Source: an uncultured Phycisphaerales bacterium
Lineage (GTDB): Bacteria > Planctomycetota > Phycisphaerae > Phycisphaerales > SM1A02
Reading direction: 5' to 3'
NCBI GenBank assembly: GCA_938084645.1
Contig: CALKEP010000011.1
Span: 1 to 64,000 of the forward strand
Length of the DNA stretch: 64,000 nt
This document shows, in pieces, positions 31,036 through 39,120 of this stretch. A program made the translations under genes and the position numbers. The notes under the pieces are model-generated. The model saw only the letters and a list, made by a program, of their open reading frames with translations, ran no database searches and was not told the origin of the DNA. The number at the start of each line of letters is the position of its first letter. Positions within the stretch are counted from its first letter, which is position 1.

Positions 31036-31093
31036 AGTATGTCACCGGAATCGGGTCGTGTCAGGCTCATCATCGGTTTTTCTAAAAAAAAAA
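31036..31093 (-). promoter_or_regulatory. sigma70-type promoter with extended -10 and AT-rich UP-element-like tract
   Basis: Minus strand CTGACA (31059-31064)-N17-CATACT (31036-31041) with TGn; T10-AG-A5 tract at 31077-31093. Confidence 0.65.
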
Positions 31094-31292
31094 CACCCAG
31101 GGCTTGCCTTCGCGGAATCGCACCGGCGACGTGGAATCGCAAGTCGCCATCAAGACGAGGCTTGTGACGTTCTGCAGGCATGCCCGGGTGGATCGCGGTG
31201 CTGCGACGCAGGCACGAAAAACGCCGCCCGGCAGAGGATGCCGGGCGGCGATATCGGGGTGGAGGGCGGGGTTCCGGGGGATCAGCCTCCGC

Positions 31293-32222
31293 TCAGTGAC
31301 CCGCTCGAGACAGCGTCTTGCCGGTCTCGAAGGTGGGGGTCTCCGGCGTCTCCGGGGACTCCGGGTCGATGTCGAAATCATCCCAGGAGAAGTCCTCCCA
31401 GCCGTCCGAGTCGAGTGACTGACGGGCCCGCTTCTCGTAGTCCGAGCGCGATCCTCGACTCGCCAGCGACTGGAGCTGTGCTTCCTGCACCGTCCGGAGC
31501 TCGGCAAGCTTCGATTCGAGCTGGTCCAGGCTGCCGACTTCCGCGAACTTGTCGTAGTCCGCGAGCACCTGCTGCTGCTGCTGGGTCATCTCGATGAGCC
31601 GTTCGTTGCGATCGATCGCATCGATCTGCCGGTCCAGCTGCCAGAGCTTCGCCTCGTATCGAGCGTGCTCGTCCTCGAGGGTGTCGAGGATCTCCGCGAG
31701 TCGACCCTTCTGAGTGTTGAGGAAGTCCAACTGGGTCTCGTTCCCCGCGTGACGATCCTGGTAGGTCGAGCGAATCGTCGCGATCCGTCTCGCTTCGTTT
31801 CGAGCGCCCTCGAAGTCGACGGTGCGGCCGTCGACCCGGATGGACACCGTGCGTCCGGCGCGGGCATCGAGTTCGGAATCGGTCAGGGCGATTCGGAGTT
31901 CCGAAAGATCCGAGGCGGTCATCGCCACGACCCGTCGGGCGACATCCTGATCACGCTTGAGGAGGTCGATCTGTCGATCGACTTCGGCGAGTTCGCCGGT
32001 CACTTCCGCGATCCGCTCTGGATATCGCTCGGCGAGCTGGGAGAGTTGGCGACGCAGGGCGATCGGATCGTCGACGAAATCATCGGCGACGGCACGGGCT
32101 TGGTTCCGGATCTGGTCGAAACCGGCCGCAATGCGGTCGGGACCGACGATGAAGGCGAGGGTGCCGAGGCCAGCCGCCCCGATCAGCCCCCAACGCAAGA
32201 CGCAACGACTCATGCTGAACAT
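31293..32222 (-). CDS. Membrane-anchored coiled-coil protein, PspA/IM30-like
   Basis: N-terminal hydrophobic segment, DDPIALRRQL (resembles PspA EDP..L.Q), long heptad helices, LDQLESKL....EAQL, acidic tail; AAGGGA RBS. Confidence 0.6.
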   Translation of the reverse strand: MFSMSRCVLRWGLIGAAGLGTLAFIVGPDRIAAGFDQIRNQARAVADDFVDDPIALRRQLSQLAERYPERIAEVTGELAEVDRQIDLLKRDQDVARRVVAMTASDLSELRIALTDSELDARAGRTVSIRVDGRTVDFEGARNEARRIATIRSTYQDRHAGNETQLDFLNTQKGRLAEILDTLEDEHARYEAKLWQLDRQIDAIDRNERLIEMTQQQQQVLADYDKFAEVGSLDQLESKLAELRTVQEAQLQSLASRGSRSDYEKRARQSLDSDGWEDFSWDDFDIDPESPETPETPTFETGKTLSRAGH

Positions 32223-32500
32223 GGGGTAATCCCTTCGGCTCGCATCGATCGTCACTCCGGTGGCCCGATTCGACGGGCCTTGGGAGAACCGGAGTCGTCG
32301 ATGCTCCACGACCTTGATGGGAGACCGTGGTCGTCGATTTCAGGGTGAGACGGGATTTCACGTCCACCTTCACTACAATGGATGCGGACCGGTCCCGGGG
32401 GGGCACGCCGGGCCTCGAACCGCATGGAGTCGACGGAGATCTGTGATTTCCGGTTCTGAAACTCTCGTGGGTCCCCTCCCAACAAGGATGCGTGCTCCTG

Positions 32501-33235
32501 ATGAACCCCATGACGACTTCCTTCATCGCCCGGCTCCGGGATCGGGATGATGCCGCCTGGTTCGAACTCTGGACGGTGTTCGGCCCGGTGATCCGGGCCC
32601 AGCTCACTCGCTGGGGCCGAGGTGCCGTCGGCATGGCCACCGTCGAGGATCTCACGCAGGACACCCTCACCGCGTTGTCGGGTTCGATCGACCGCTTCGA
32701 TCCCGATCGCGGGGCACGTTTCAGCACCTGGCTGCTGTCGATCGCGAAACACGTGCTTGGCGACGAACTCGATCGCCGGAATGCGCTGAAGCGCGGCGGT
32801 GGAAAGCGGCCCGCGACGCTCGACGACAGTTACATGGGGCGATCCACGGATCCGCAGCCCGACGCGGCGTACGAACGACTGGTCTTCCAGGCCAAGGTCT
32901 ACGCGGCGATCGATGCGACCCGGAAGGAGAGCGAGTTCCTCCACTTCGAGGTGTATCGCATGCGGATCTTCGATGCCGCTTCCGGCAAGGACGTGGCGGC
33001 ACAGCTCGGAATCAGCGAGCCGACGGTGACGCGGCATCTCCAGCGGGTCCGGGGACTGCTCCGCGAGCGACTCGTCGAGATGATCGACACCTACAGCTTC
33101 ACCGACGAGGAACGATCCGAGGCGTCGTCCGCGGGCCTCGGAAACGACGACGGTCTCTTCGACGAGGCCATTTCAGAAATCTATCTCACGCATGCCGCGC
33201 TGGTCGAGGACGACTCGACCCTTCCTCCGGGTTGA
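32501..33235 (+). CDS. ECF sigma factor with short acidic C-terminal extension (start 32492-32510)
   Basis: sigma2 (D.AW.EL...F, TVEDLTQDT, FDPDRGARFSTWLLSIA) and sigma4 HTH (SGKDVAAQLGISEPTVTRHLQRVR). Confidence 0.92.
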   Translation: MNPMTTSFIARLRDRDDAAWFELWTVFGPVIRAQLTRWGRGAVGMATVEDLTQDTLTALSGSIDRFDPDRGARFSTWLLSIAKHVLGDELDRRNALKRGGGKRPATLDDSYMGRSTDPQPDAAYERLVFQAKVYAAIDATRKESEFLHFEVYRMRIFDAASGKDVAAQLGISEPTVTRHLQRVRGLLRERLVEMIDTYSFTDEERSEASSAGLGNDDGLFDEAISEIYLTHAALVEDDSTLPPG

Positions 33236-33284
33236 TCGGCATGAAGACCCCGACCGCCCGTCCGACGGGCGAATGGAGTGATCA

Positions 33285-33443
33285 ATGACCTGGGCAAGCA
33301 TCTTTCTCATCTTCATCGGCATCGCGATCGGGATCGTCGGCCTGGCCGTGCTCGTCACGGTGGTGGTGACCGGCTTCCTGGCGTTCACGCGCCGCGGCTC
33401 CGCCGCGGCGACCGAGGTGCAAGCGACGACTTCCGCTCGGTGA
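33285..33443 (+). CDS. Unannotated 52-aa single-pass membrane microprotein, paralog of the kinase N-terminal TM helix
   Basis: GGAG RBS then MTWASIFLIFIGIAIGIVGLAVLVTVVVTGFLAFTRRGSAAATEVQATTSAR*; below the ORF-track cutoff; GC3-rich codons. Confidence 0.8.
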   Translation: MTWASIFLIFIGIAIGIVGLAVLVTVVVTGFLAFTRRGSAAATEVQATTSAR

Positions 33444-33491
33444 TCATGGTTCGAGACGCAATGCCCGCGTGACGGGCGGATGGAGTGGTAC

Positions 33492-35990
33492 ATGACCTTC
33501 GCAAGCATCCTCCTGATCTTCATCGGTATCGCGGCCGGCATCCTGGGGCTGGTCCTGCTCATCAGCCTCATGGTGTCCGCCGGTCGTGGGATCGGGTTCA
33601 TCATCGGTCACCTCGTCGAGTACGTCGTCGGAACCATCCGCGACGCCGCCCGTGCGGTTGGTGCGGTGGTGGCGGCGGTCTTCCTCTCGATCTTCGCGAT
33701 CCTGAACGTGATCATCGGACGATGGTCGGCGGCCAATCACTACGCGGATGGCGTGAAGCGTGAAGCGGGGATGGTCGGCCGAGGGCTGTACGGGGTCGTG
33801 GTGCGTCGGCCGTTGAAGCTCCTCTTCCTCGATGGGGTGCTCGAAGGGGTCGAAGTCCGTGCGGTGGAGGACATCCGGGACGCACCCGGTGCGGACAAGC
33901 CGGCCCGAGGCATCGACTTTCCCGGTTTCGAGATCACCGGTTCGCTTCCGGCGGGCGGGTCCGGCGCGAAACTGTACATCGCGCGGCCCGACGAGAAGAT
34001 GCGGGGTTCGCTGCCGGGGCGACCCGATGCGGTGGTGATCAAGAGCTTTGCGTTGTCGGAAGGCAGTTCGCTTCCCCAGATCGTTCGCGAGAGTCGCTCG
34101 CTCGACTCGGCCAAGCGTCTCGGTCTGGTGCTCGCGCACGAGCTCGACGAGACCCGCTTCTGGTATGCGATGCCGTATCACCCCGGCGATCATCTCGGCG
34201 TGGTGGTGCGGAACGCGCACGGGATCGGTGCCGAGGACGGACTGCGTCACGCAGTGCTCGCGGAGATGCTGCGGTATCAGATCGATCTGGTCGCGACGCT
34301 CGCTCGCTATCACCAGGACGGCCTCTGGCACAAGGACGTCAAGCCCGACAACATCATCGTGCACGACGGGGCGGCGCACCTGGTCGACTTCGGCCTGGTG
34401 ACCTCACTGCGGTCCGCGATGACGCTGACCACGCACGGGACGGAGTACTTCCGCGATCCCGAGATGGTCCGCATGGCGATGCGCGGCGTGAAGGTCCACG
34501 AAGTCGACGGGGCGAAGTTCGACATCTACGGCGCCGGTGCGGTTCTCTACTTCACGCTCGAGAACACTTTTCCGGGCCATGGTGGCCTCAGTCGTTTCGA
34601 ACGCCCGGCGCCCGAGGCGCTTCGGTGGGTCGTCCGTCGGGCGATGGCCGACTACGCGCAGCGTTACGGCTCCGCCGCGGAGATGCTGGCGGACCTTCGG
34701 TTCGTCGCCGAAGCGGCCGATCCCTGGGCGGTGGTTCCCGCGGATCTGCCCTCGATGCGCGGGGAATCGGTCGAACTCGTCGACGCCGACGGACCGGTAT
34801 CGACGCGGGTGGCCGCTGCGGCGCCGCCACCCCGGGTCTCGAACCCGCGTGGATCCTCGATCCCGCCGCGGGAAGTCGGCGGGCGCGGCACGGCGCGTCC
34901 ACGAATCACCGTGACGAACTGGCTGACGGGTGGATACGTCGTCGGTGACGCTTCGTCCGGACCGGGCTCGGTGGTCGGGGGATCCGGTTCCGTTCGACCG
35001 GCGACCGAGCAGGTGGTCGCGGCGCGACGCCGGGCCGGTACCAGACGGGCCAACGCACGCCGCGGTGCGACACGGGTGTCCGCACATCGGCGGACTTCGA
35101 CCACCCTCAAGCTCGTGGCCGCGTCCGGAATCGCCTGCATCGTCGCGTTCGTGATCGGGTTGGCCATGATGGAAGTCGACTTCTCCCAGTCCATGGACCG
35201 CGTCCGCTCCACCTTCGCAGGGGTCAGCCTCGGCCACGAAGAGGCGATCCTCCGCGAGGAGATCGATCAGGCGGTCTCCGAGCTCATGGATCGTGGAGCG
35301 ATCGAGGTCTCGTATCAGGTCGACGACATCCTGCGTTCCGCCGAGATGGTGGAAACGGTGTCCGCGCCTCCGCAGCCGGGCGGCTCCAGTCGGCTCGTGG
35401 TGATCGATGATCGGACCTCGTTCGCCGGTACCGACGCCGATCCTGACGCCATTCTGGCTCCCTTCAAGGAGGCCGGTTGGCGGATCGAAACGGATCCGCA
35501 ACTCGCGGCACAGGCGTCCGTCGCGATGTTCAAGTGTCGGACGTGGGGGGCCGAGTCCGGAGGCGGGCTCGGCGATCGGGATGTTCTGGCCGAGTCCTTC
35601 GCATGTCCGCCGTTGAATTCATTCCGTGCCGACAGCGACGTCGAAGCGGTGCTGCTGATGCTCACCGTCGACGAGGAAGCGGGCGGTCACGCGTCGCGGA
35701 CCCGCCTGGTGCTGATCGGTGACGAGGCGATCGAGGTCGCCATGCGGAATGCGATCTACGTGGACGTGGAAGCGCGGTGGCCGGATGGGCGTCGTGAGAT
35801 CATCACCGTGGAGGTCGACGGGGTCCGGGACGACGACGGCACGATGAATCCCGCCGATTCGGTCGACGGTGATTCCGTGAATGATGCCGACGGGCGGGGT
35901 GGGTCCGGCTGGATTCTCGATTTGAATCGGGAATCAGGGCGGACCGTCGACGTGCATACGGGACCGATCCACATTCGCATCGCCGCCTGA
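33492..35990 (+). CDS. Membrane Ser/Thr protein kinase (N-terminal TM helices, kinase, TM, probably extracytoplasmic C-domain)
   Basis: AGGSGAKLY, VVIK, HKDVKPDN, DFG, HGTEYFRDPE, DIYGAG; start moved to ATG 33492 after GGAG. Confidence 0.9.
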   Translation: MTFASILLIFIGIAAGILGLVLLISLMVSAGRGIGFIIGHLVEYVVGTIRDAARAVGAVVAAVFLSIFAILNVIIGRWSAANHYADGVKREAGMVGRGLYGVVVRRPLKLLFLDGVLEGVEVRAVEDIRDAPGADKPARGIDFPGFEITGSLPAGGSGAKLYIARPDEKMRGSLPGRPDAVVIKSFALSEGSSLPQIVRESRSLDSAKRLGLVLAHELDETRFWYAMPYHPGDHLGVVVRNAHGIGAEDGLRHAVLAEMLRYQIDLVATLARYHQDGLWHKDVKPDNIIVHDGAAHLVDFGLVTSLRSAMTLTTHGTEYFRDPEMVRMAMRGVKVHEVDGAKFDIYGAGAVLYFTLENTFPGHGGLSRFERPAPEALRWVVRRAMADYAQRYGSAAEMLADLRFVAEAADPWAVVPADLPSMRGESVELVDADGPVSTRVAAAAPPPRVSNPRGSSIPPREVGGRGTARPRITVTNWLTGGYVVGDASSGPGSVVGGSGSVRPATEQVVAARRRAGTRRANARRGATRVSAHRRTSTTLKLVAASGIACIVAFVIGLAMMEVDFSQSMDRVRSTFAGVSLGHEEAILREEIDQAVSELMDRGAIEVSYQVDDILRSAEMVETVSAPPQPGGSSRLVVIDDRTSFAGTDADPDAILAPFKEAGWRIETDPQLAAQASVAMFKCRTWGAESGGGLGDRDVLAESFACPPLNSFRADSDVEAVLLMLTVDEEAGGHASRTRLVLIGDEAIEVAMRNAIYVDVEARWPDGRREIITVEVDGVRDDDGTMNPADSVDGDSVNDADGRGGSGWILDLNRESGRTVDVHTGPIHIRIAA

Positions 35991-36106
35991 GTCGGCTCGG
36001 ACACGGGCGATGGACCTCGTCCGTCGAAAGCCGGGGTCGTCCACCGGCGTCGATCTCGACGGAGCGTCGCCCGCCGGTCGCTAGAATGGCGTTCTGGAGA
36101 ACCGCC

Positions 36107-36970
36107 ATGCAGCATCCCGGCGCCCGTCTTCGGGCTCTCGTCGAACAGGACGTCGTCATGATCCCCGGTGCATTCAATGCGCTGGTGTCGATCGCGGTCC
36201 GCGAGGCGGGATTCGGCGCCTGCTACATCTCCGGCGGTGCGACGGCGAACGTCGCCGGCACGCCGGACATCGGGCTTCTGACCCTGACCGAGGTCGCAAG
36301 GACCATTCGAGAGGTCGCCGACGCGTCGGGCATTCCGGTGATCGCGGATGCGGACACCGGGTATGGCGAAGTCGAATGTGCGATCCGAACCGTCGTGGAA
36401 TACGAGCGGGCCGGCGCGGCCGCCCTGCACGTGGAGGACCAGGTCTTCCCGAAGCGATGCGGGCACCTCGATGGGAAGGAACTCGTTCCCGCCGAGGAAT
36501 TCGCCGAGAAGATCGTCGAGATGGTGGCGGCGCGACGAAGTCCCGACTTCATGATCATCGCGAGGACGGATGCACGGCACGTCACCGGGATCGAGGACGC
36601 GATCGATCGCGCGAATCGCTACCGGGCCGCAGGTGCCGAGGCGATCTTCCCGGAGGGATTGCAGACGGAGGCCGAATTCAAGGCCTTCGCCGAGGGTTCG
36701 CCGGGTCTGCTGCTCGCGAACATGACGGAGTTCGGCAAGACCCCGATCATCCCTGCGGCTCGATTCGGTGAACTCGGCTACCGCATGGTGATCTATCCGC
36801 TCAGCATGATGCGGCTGGCGATGGGCGAAGTCGTCCGCGGTCTTCGGGAACTCCGCGACGCCGGATCCGTCGAACCGATGCTCGACCGAATGCAGACCCG
36901 CAAGGAGCTCTACGGCCTGCTCGACTACGTCCCCGGTGAGGAATGGCGGTTCCCGGGCGGTCGCGACTGA
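36107..36970 (+). CDS. prpB: 2-methylisocitrate lyase
   Basis: DADTGYG, EDQVFPKRCGHLDGK, IARTD, LANMTEFGKTP, RMQTRKELY. Confidence 0.93.
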   Translation: MQHPGARLRALVEQDVVMIPGAFNALVSIAVREAGFGACYISGGATANVAGTPDIGLLTLTEVARTIREVADASGIPVIADADTGYGEVECAIRTVVEYERAGAAALHVEDQVFPKRCGHLDGKELVPAEEFAEKIVEMVAARRSPDFMIIARTDARHVTGIEDAIDRANRYRAAGAEAIFPEGLQTEAEFKAFAEGSPGLLLANMTEFGKTPIIPAARFGELGYRMVIYPLSMMRLAMGEVVRGLRELRDAGSVEPMLDRMQTRKELYGLLDYVPGEEWRFPGGRD

Positions 36971-37038
36971 ATGCAGACGATCGCGAACCGTCGGCTCGTG
37001 ATCGCGGTGGAAGATGCGTCTGCCGCGTGCGTCGCGGT

Positions 37039-37728
37039 TCAGTTCGTGGAGACGATCCGCCGCAGGACGATGGGAGCCGCCGGGGCGTCCGAGACGGGCT
37101 TTCCGGTCGCGTCGAGGACGCGATCCACGAGCGTGATCGAATCGGAGGTGAGCGACATCCGCGACATGCGGTGCGTCGCACCGTCCTCGCTCCGGTCGCA
37201 TCCGGTACCCCGGGTCTCCCCCGAGTAACCCTGCGGGTCGGATTCGAGATGGATCGCGCAGCCTTCGCGGGGGACCAGCAGGGCCGGATCGACGCGGTTG
37301 AAGAAGTCGGGGGTCTGCCAGGCCCCGGCGGGGGGCGACTCACCGGGAAGGAACGCGAACACCTCCACGAGCAGGCCGCCCTGGGCGTCGTTGCGGATCC
37401 GATGGATGTTCCGCGCATCGGTCCGGCTCGTCGCGCCGACCGTCGCCCGTTCCGCATAGAGCCACCGTCCATCCTGGCGGTCCGGCCAGATCGGGCAGGC
37501 GTTCCATTCGAATCGAACGGCCGCGGCGTCTCGCGCGGTGGGCATCTCCGACTCGAAACCACCGCACAGCCAGGCTCGAACCTGCTCGACGTCCCTGGAC
37601 ATTCGTATCGGCGCCGCCACCGAAGACGTCTCGGTCCCGTTGCAGCCGACGTGAATCGGAAGGGTCAGCATGGTGAGCAGCAGGATCGACGGGATCGGTC
37701 GGATGAGCCGTTTTCGGGATGCCTTCAT
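37039..37728 (-). CDS. Divergent CpcT/CpeT chromophore lyase-like lipoprotein
   Basis: Lipobox HVGC; PIWPDR..GRWLY.E.A, L..REGC.I.L, YSGET.G..C.....GA, DR..D..GK.V match the CpcT/CpeT pattern. Confidence 0.7.
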   Translation of the reverse strand: MKASRKRLIRPIPSILLLTMLTLPIHVGCNGTETSSVAAPIRMSRDVEQVRAWLCGGFESEMPTARDAAAVRFEWNACPIWPDRQDGRWLYAERATVGATSRTDARNIHRIRNDAQGGLLVEVFAFLPGESPPAGAWQTPDFFNRVDPALLVPREGCAIHLESDPQGYSGETRGTGCDRSEDGATHRMSRMSLTSDSITLVDRVLDATGKPVSDAPAAPIVLRRIVSTN

Positions 37729-37883
37729 GGCTGCAGTCTACGGTTCGGGCCACCCCGGGCGGCATCAACGGTGGAGAAGTCGTGATGGATCGGAATTCCG
37801 GTCTTCGAGATCCGGGATCGCTAGGATGGGCGGTCCGGATTCGGCGATCGCCGGAGCGGCTTCCCCCCAAGAAAGGACCCAAC

Positions 37884-39026
37884 GTGAGTTCCACCGCCAC
37901 CGACACCCGCGGCCTCGCCGGCCAGACCATCGGGGAGACCGGGATCTGCTCGGTCAACCAGACGCAGTTGATCTACCGTGGCTACGAGATCGCGGATCTC
38001 GCGGCGAACGCCACCTTCGAGGAGGTCTCGTTCCTGCTGCTGGTCGGTCACAAGCCGTCCGCCGACGAACTGGCGACCTTCAAGACGGATCTCGTCGCGA
38101 TGCGGGTGGTGCCGGATTCGGTCGCCGCCGCGATCACCAGGATCGCCGAGGAGAGTCCCGACGCCCATCCGATGAGCGTCGTGCGGACCGCCATCAGCCT
38201 GCTCGGCCATCTCGACCCGGACTGCGAGGACAACGGTCCCGAGGCCGAACTCCGGAAGTCGATGCGCCTGCTCGCCACGATTCCGGTGTGCATCGGCATC
38301 CACCAGCGGGCGCTCGAGGGCAAGCCGCCGGTCGCGCCCGATCCTTCACTCGACCACGCGGCGAACCTGCTCTGGTGCATGACCGGCGAGAAGCCGGGAG
38401 AGATCGCCGCGAAGGTGATGGACGTGTCCCTCATCCTCTATGCGGAGCACGACTTCAACGCGTCGACGTTCACCTGCCGAGTCATCGCCTCGACCAACAG
38501 TGATCTGCATTCCGCGGTCTGTGGTGGTGTGGGAGCGCTCAAGGGCAACCTGCATGGCGGCGCCAACGAAGCCGCGATGGCGATGCTCGCCGACATCATG
38601 AAGGACACCGAGGACGGCTCCATGACGGTCGACGCCTGGATGGAGCGGGCGTTCACCGAGAAGCGGAAGTTGATGGGCTTCGGCCACCGCGTCTACAAGA
38701 ACGGCGACCACCGGGCCGGCATCCTCCGGGACTGGGGCCTTCGCTATGCCGCCGAGGAGAACGCCGACGCGAGCAAGTGGTTCGATCTGGGCGATGCGGT
38801 GCAGGGCATCATGCTCGACCAGAAGAACATCCACCCGAACGTCGACTTCCCCTGCGGGATGACCTACTTCGCGATGGGCATCCCCGTCCCGCAGTACACG
38901 CCGATCTTCGTCGCGAGCCGCATCACCGGTTGGTGCGCCCACATCATGGAACAGCACGCGAACAATCGGATCATCCGGCCCCTCGCGGAATATTCGGGCC
39001 CGGCGCTGATGAAGTGGAACGGCTGA
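37884..39026 (+). CDS. prpC: 2-methylcitrate/citrate synthase
   Basis: LIYRGYEI.DLA, LYAEHDFNASTF, LHGGANE, MGFGHRVYK, PNVDF, NNRIIRP; GTG start after AAAGGA; near prpB. Confidence 0.88.
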   Translation: MSSTATDTRGLAGQTIGETGICSVNQTQLIYRGYEIADLAANATFEEVSFLLLVGHKPSADELATFKTDLVAMRVVPDSVAAAITRIAEESPDAHPMSVVRTAISLLGHLDPDCEDNGPEAELRKSMRLLATIPVCIGIHQRALEGKPPVAPDPSLDHAANLLWCMTGEKPGEIAAKVMDVSLILYAEHDFNASTFTCRVIASTNSDLHSAVCGGVGALKGNLHGGANEAAMAMLADIMKDTEDGSMTVDAWMERAFTEKRKLMGFGHRVYKNGDHRAGILRDWGLRYAAEENADASKWFDLGDAVQGIMLDQKNIHPNVDFPCGMTYFAMGIPVPQYTPIFVASRITGWCAHIMEQHANNRIIRPLAEYSGPALMKWNG

Positions 39027-39052
39027 CCGACCGTCGTTCGCCCGCTCGAGTC

Positions 39053-39098
39053 GAAGAACAGGGGCCGTCCGATCCAGAGATCGGACGGCCCCTTCTTC
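39053..39098. terminator. Terminator hairpin between convergent genes, probably bidirectional
   Basis: GGGGCCGTCCGATC-CAGA-GATCGGACGGCCCC flanked by GAAGAA and TTCTTC. Confidence 0.8.
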
Positions 39099-39120
39099 AT
39101 GCGCGGGCGGAGTTCGAGAA

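Noticed and set aside
30776..31085. Short ORFs over the long ncRNA (30776-31045 minus, 30786-31085 plus)
   Set aside because: Atypical codon usage and no RBS; the minus ORF starts inside the predicted promoter; RNA structure explains the region better
33278..33472. 64-aa track ORF MINDLGKH...
   Set aside because: Wrong frame; the overlapping frame starting at 33285 has a properly spaced RBS and homology to the kinase N-terminus
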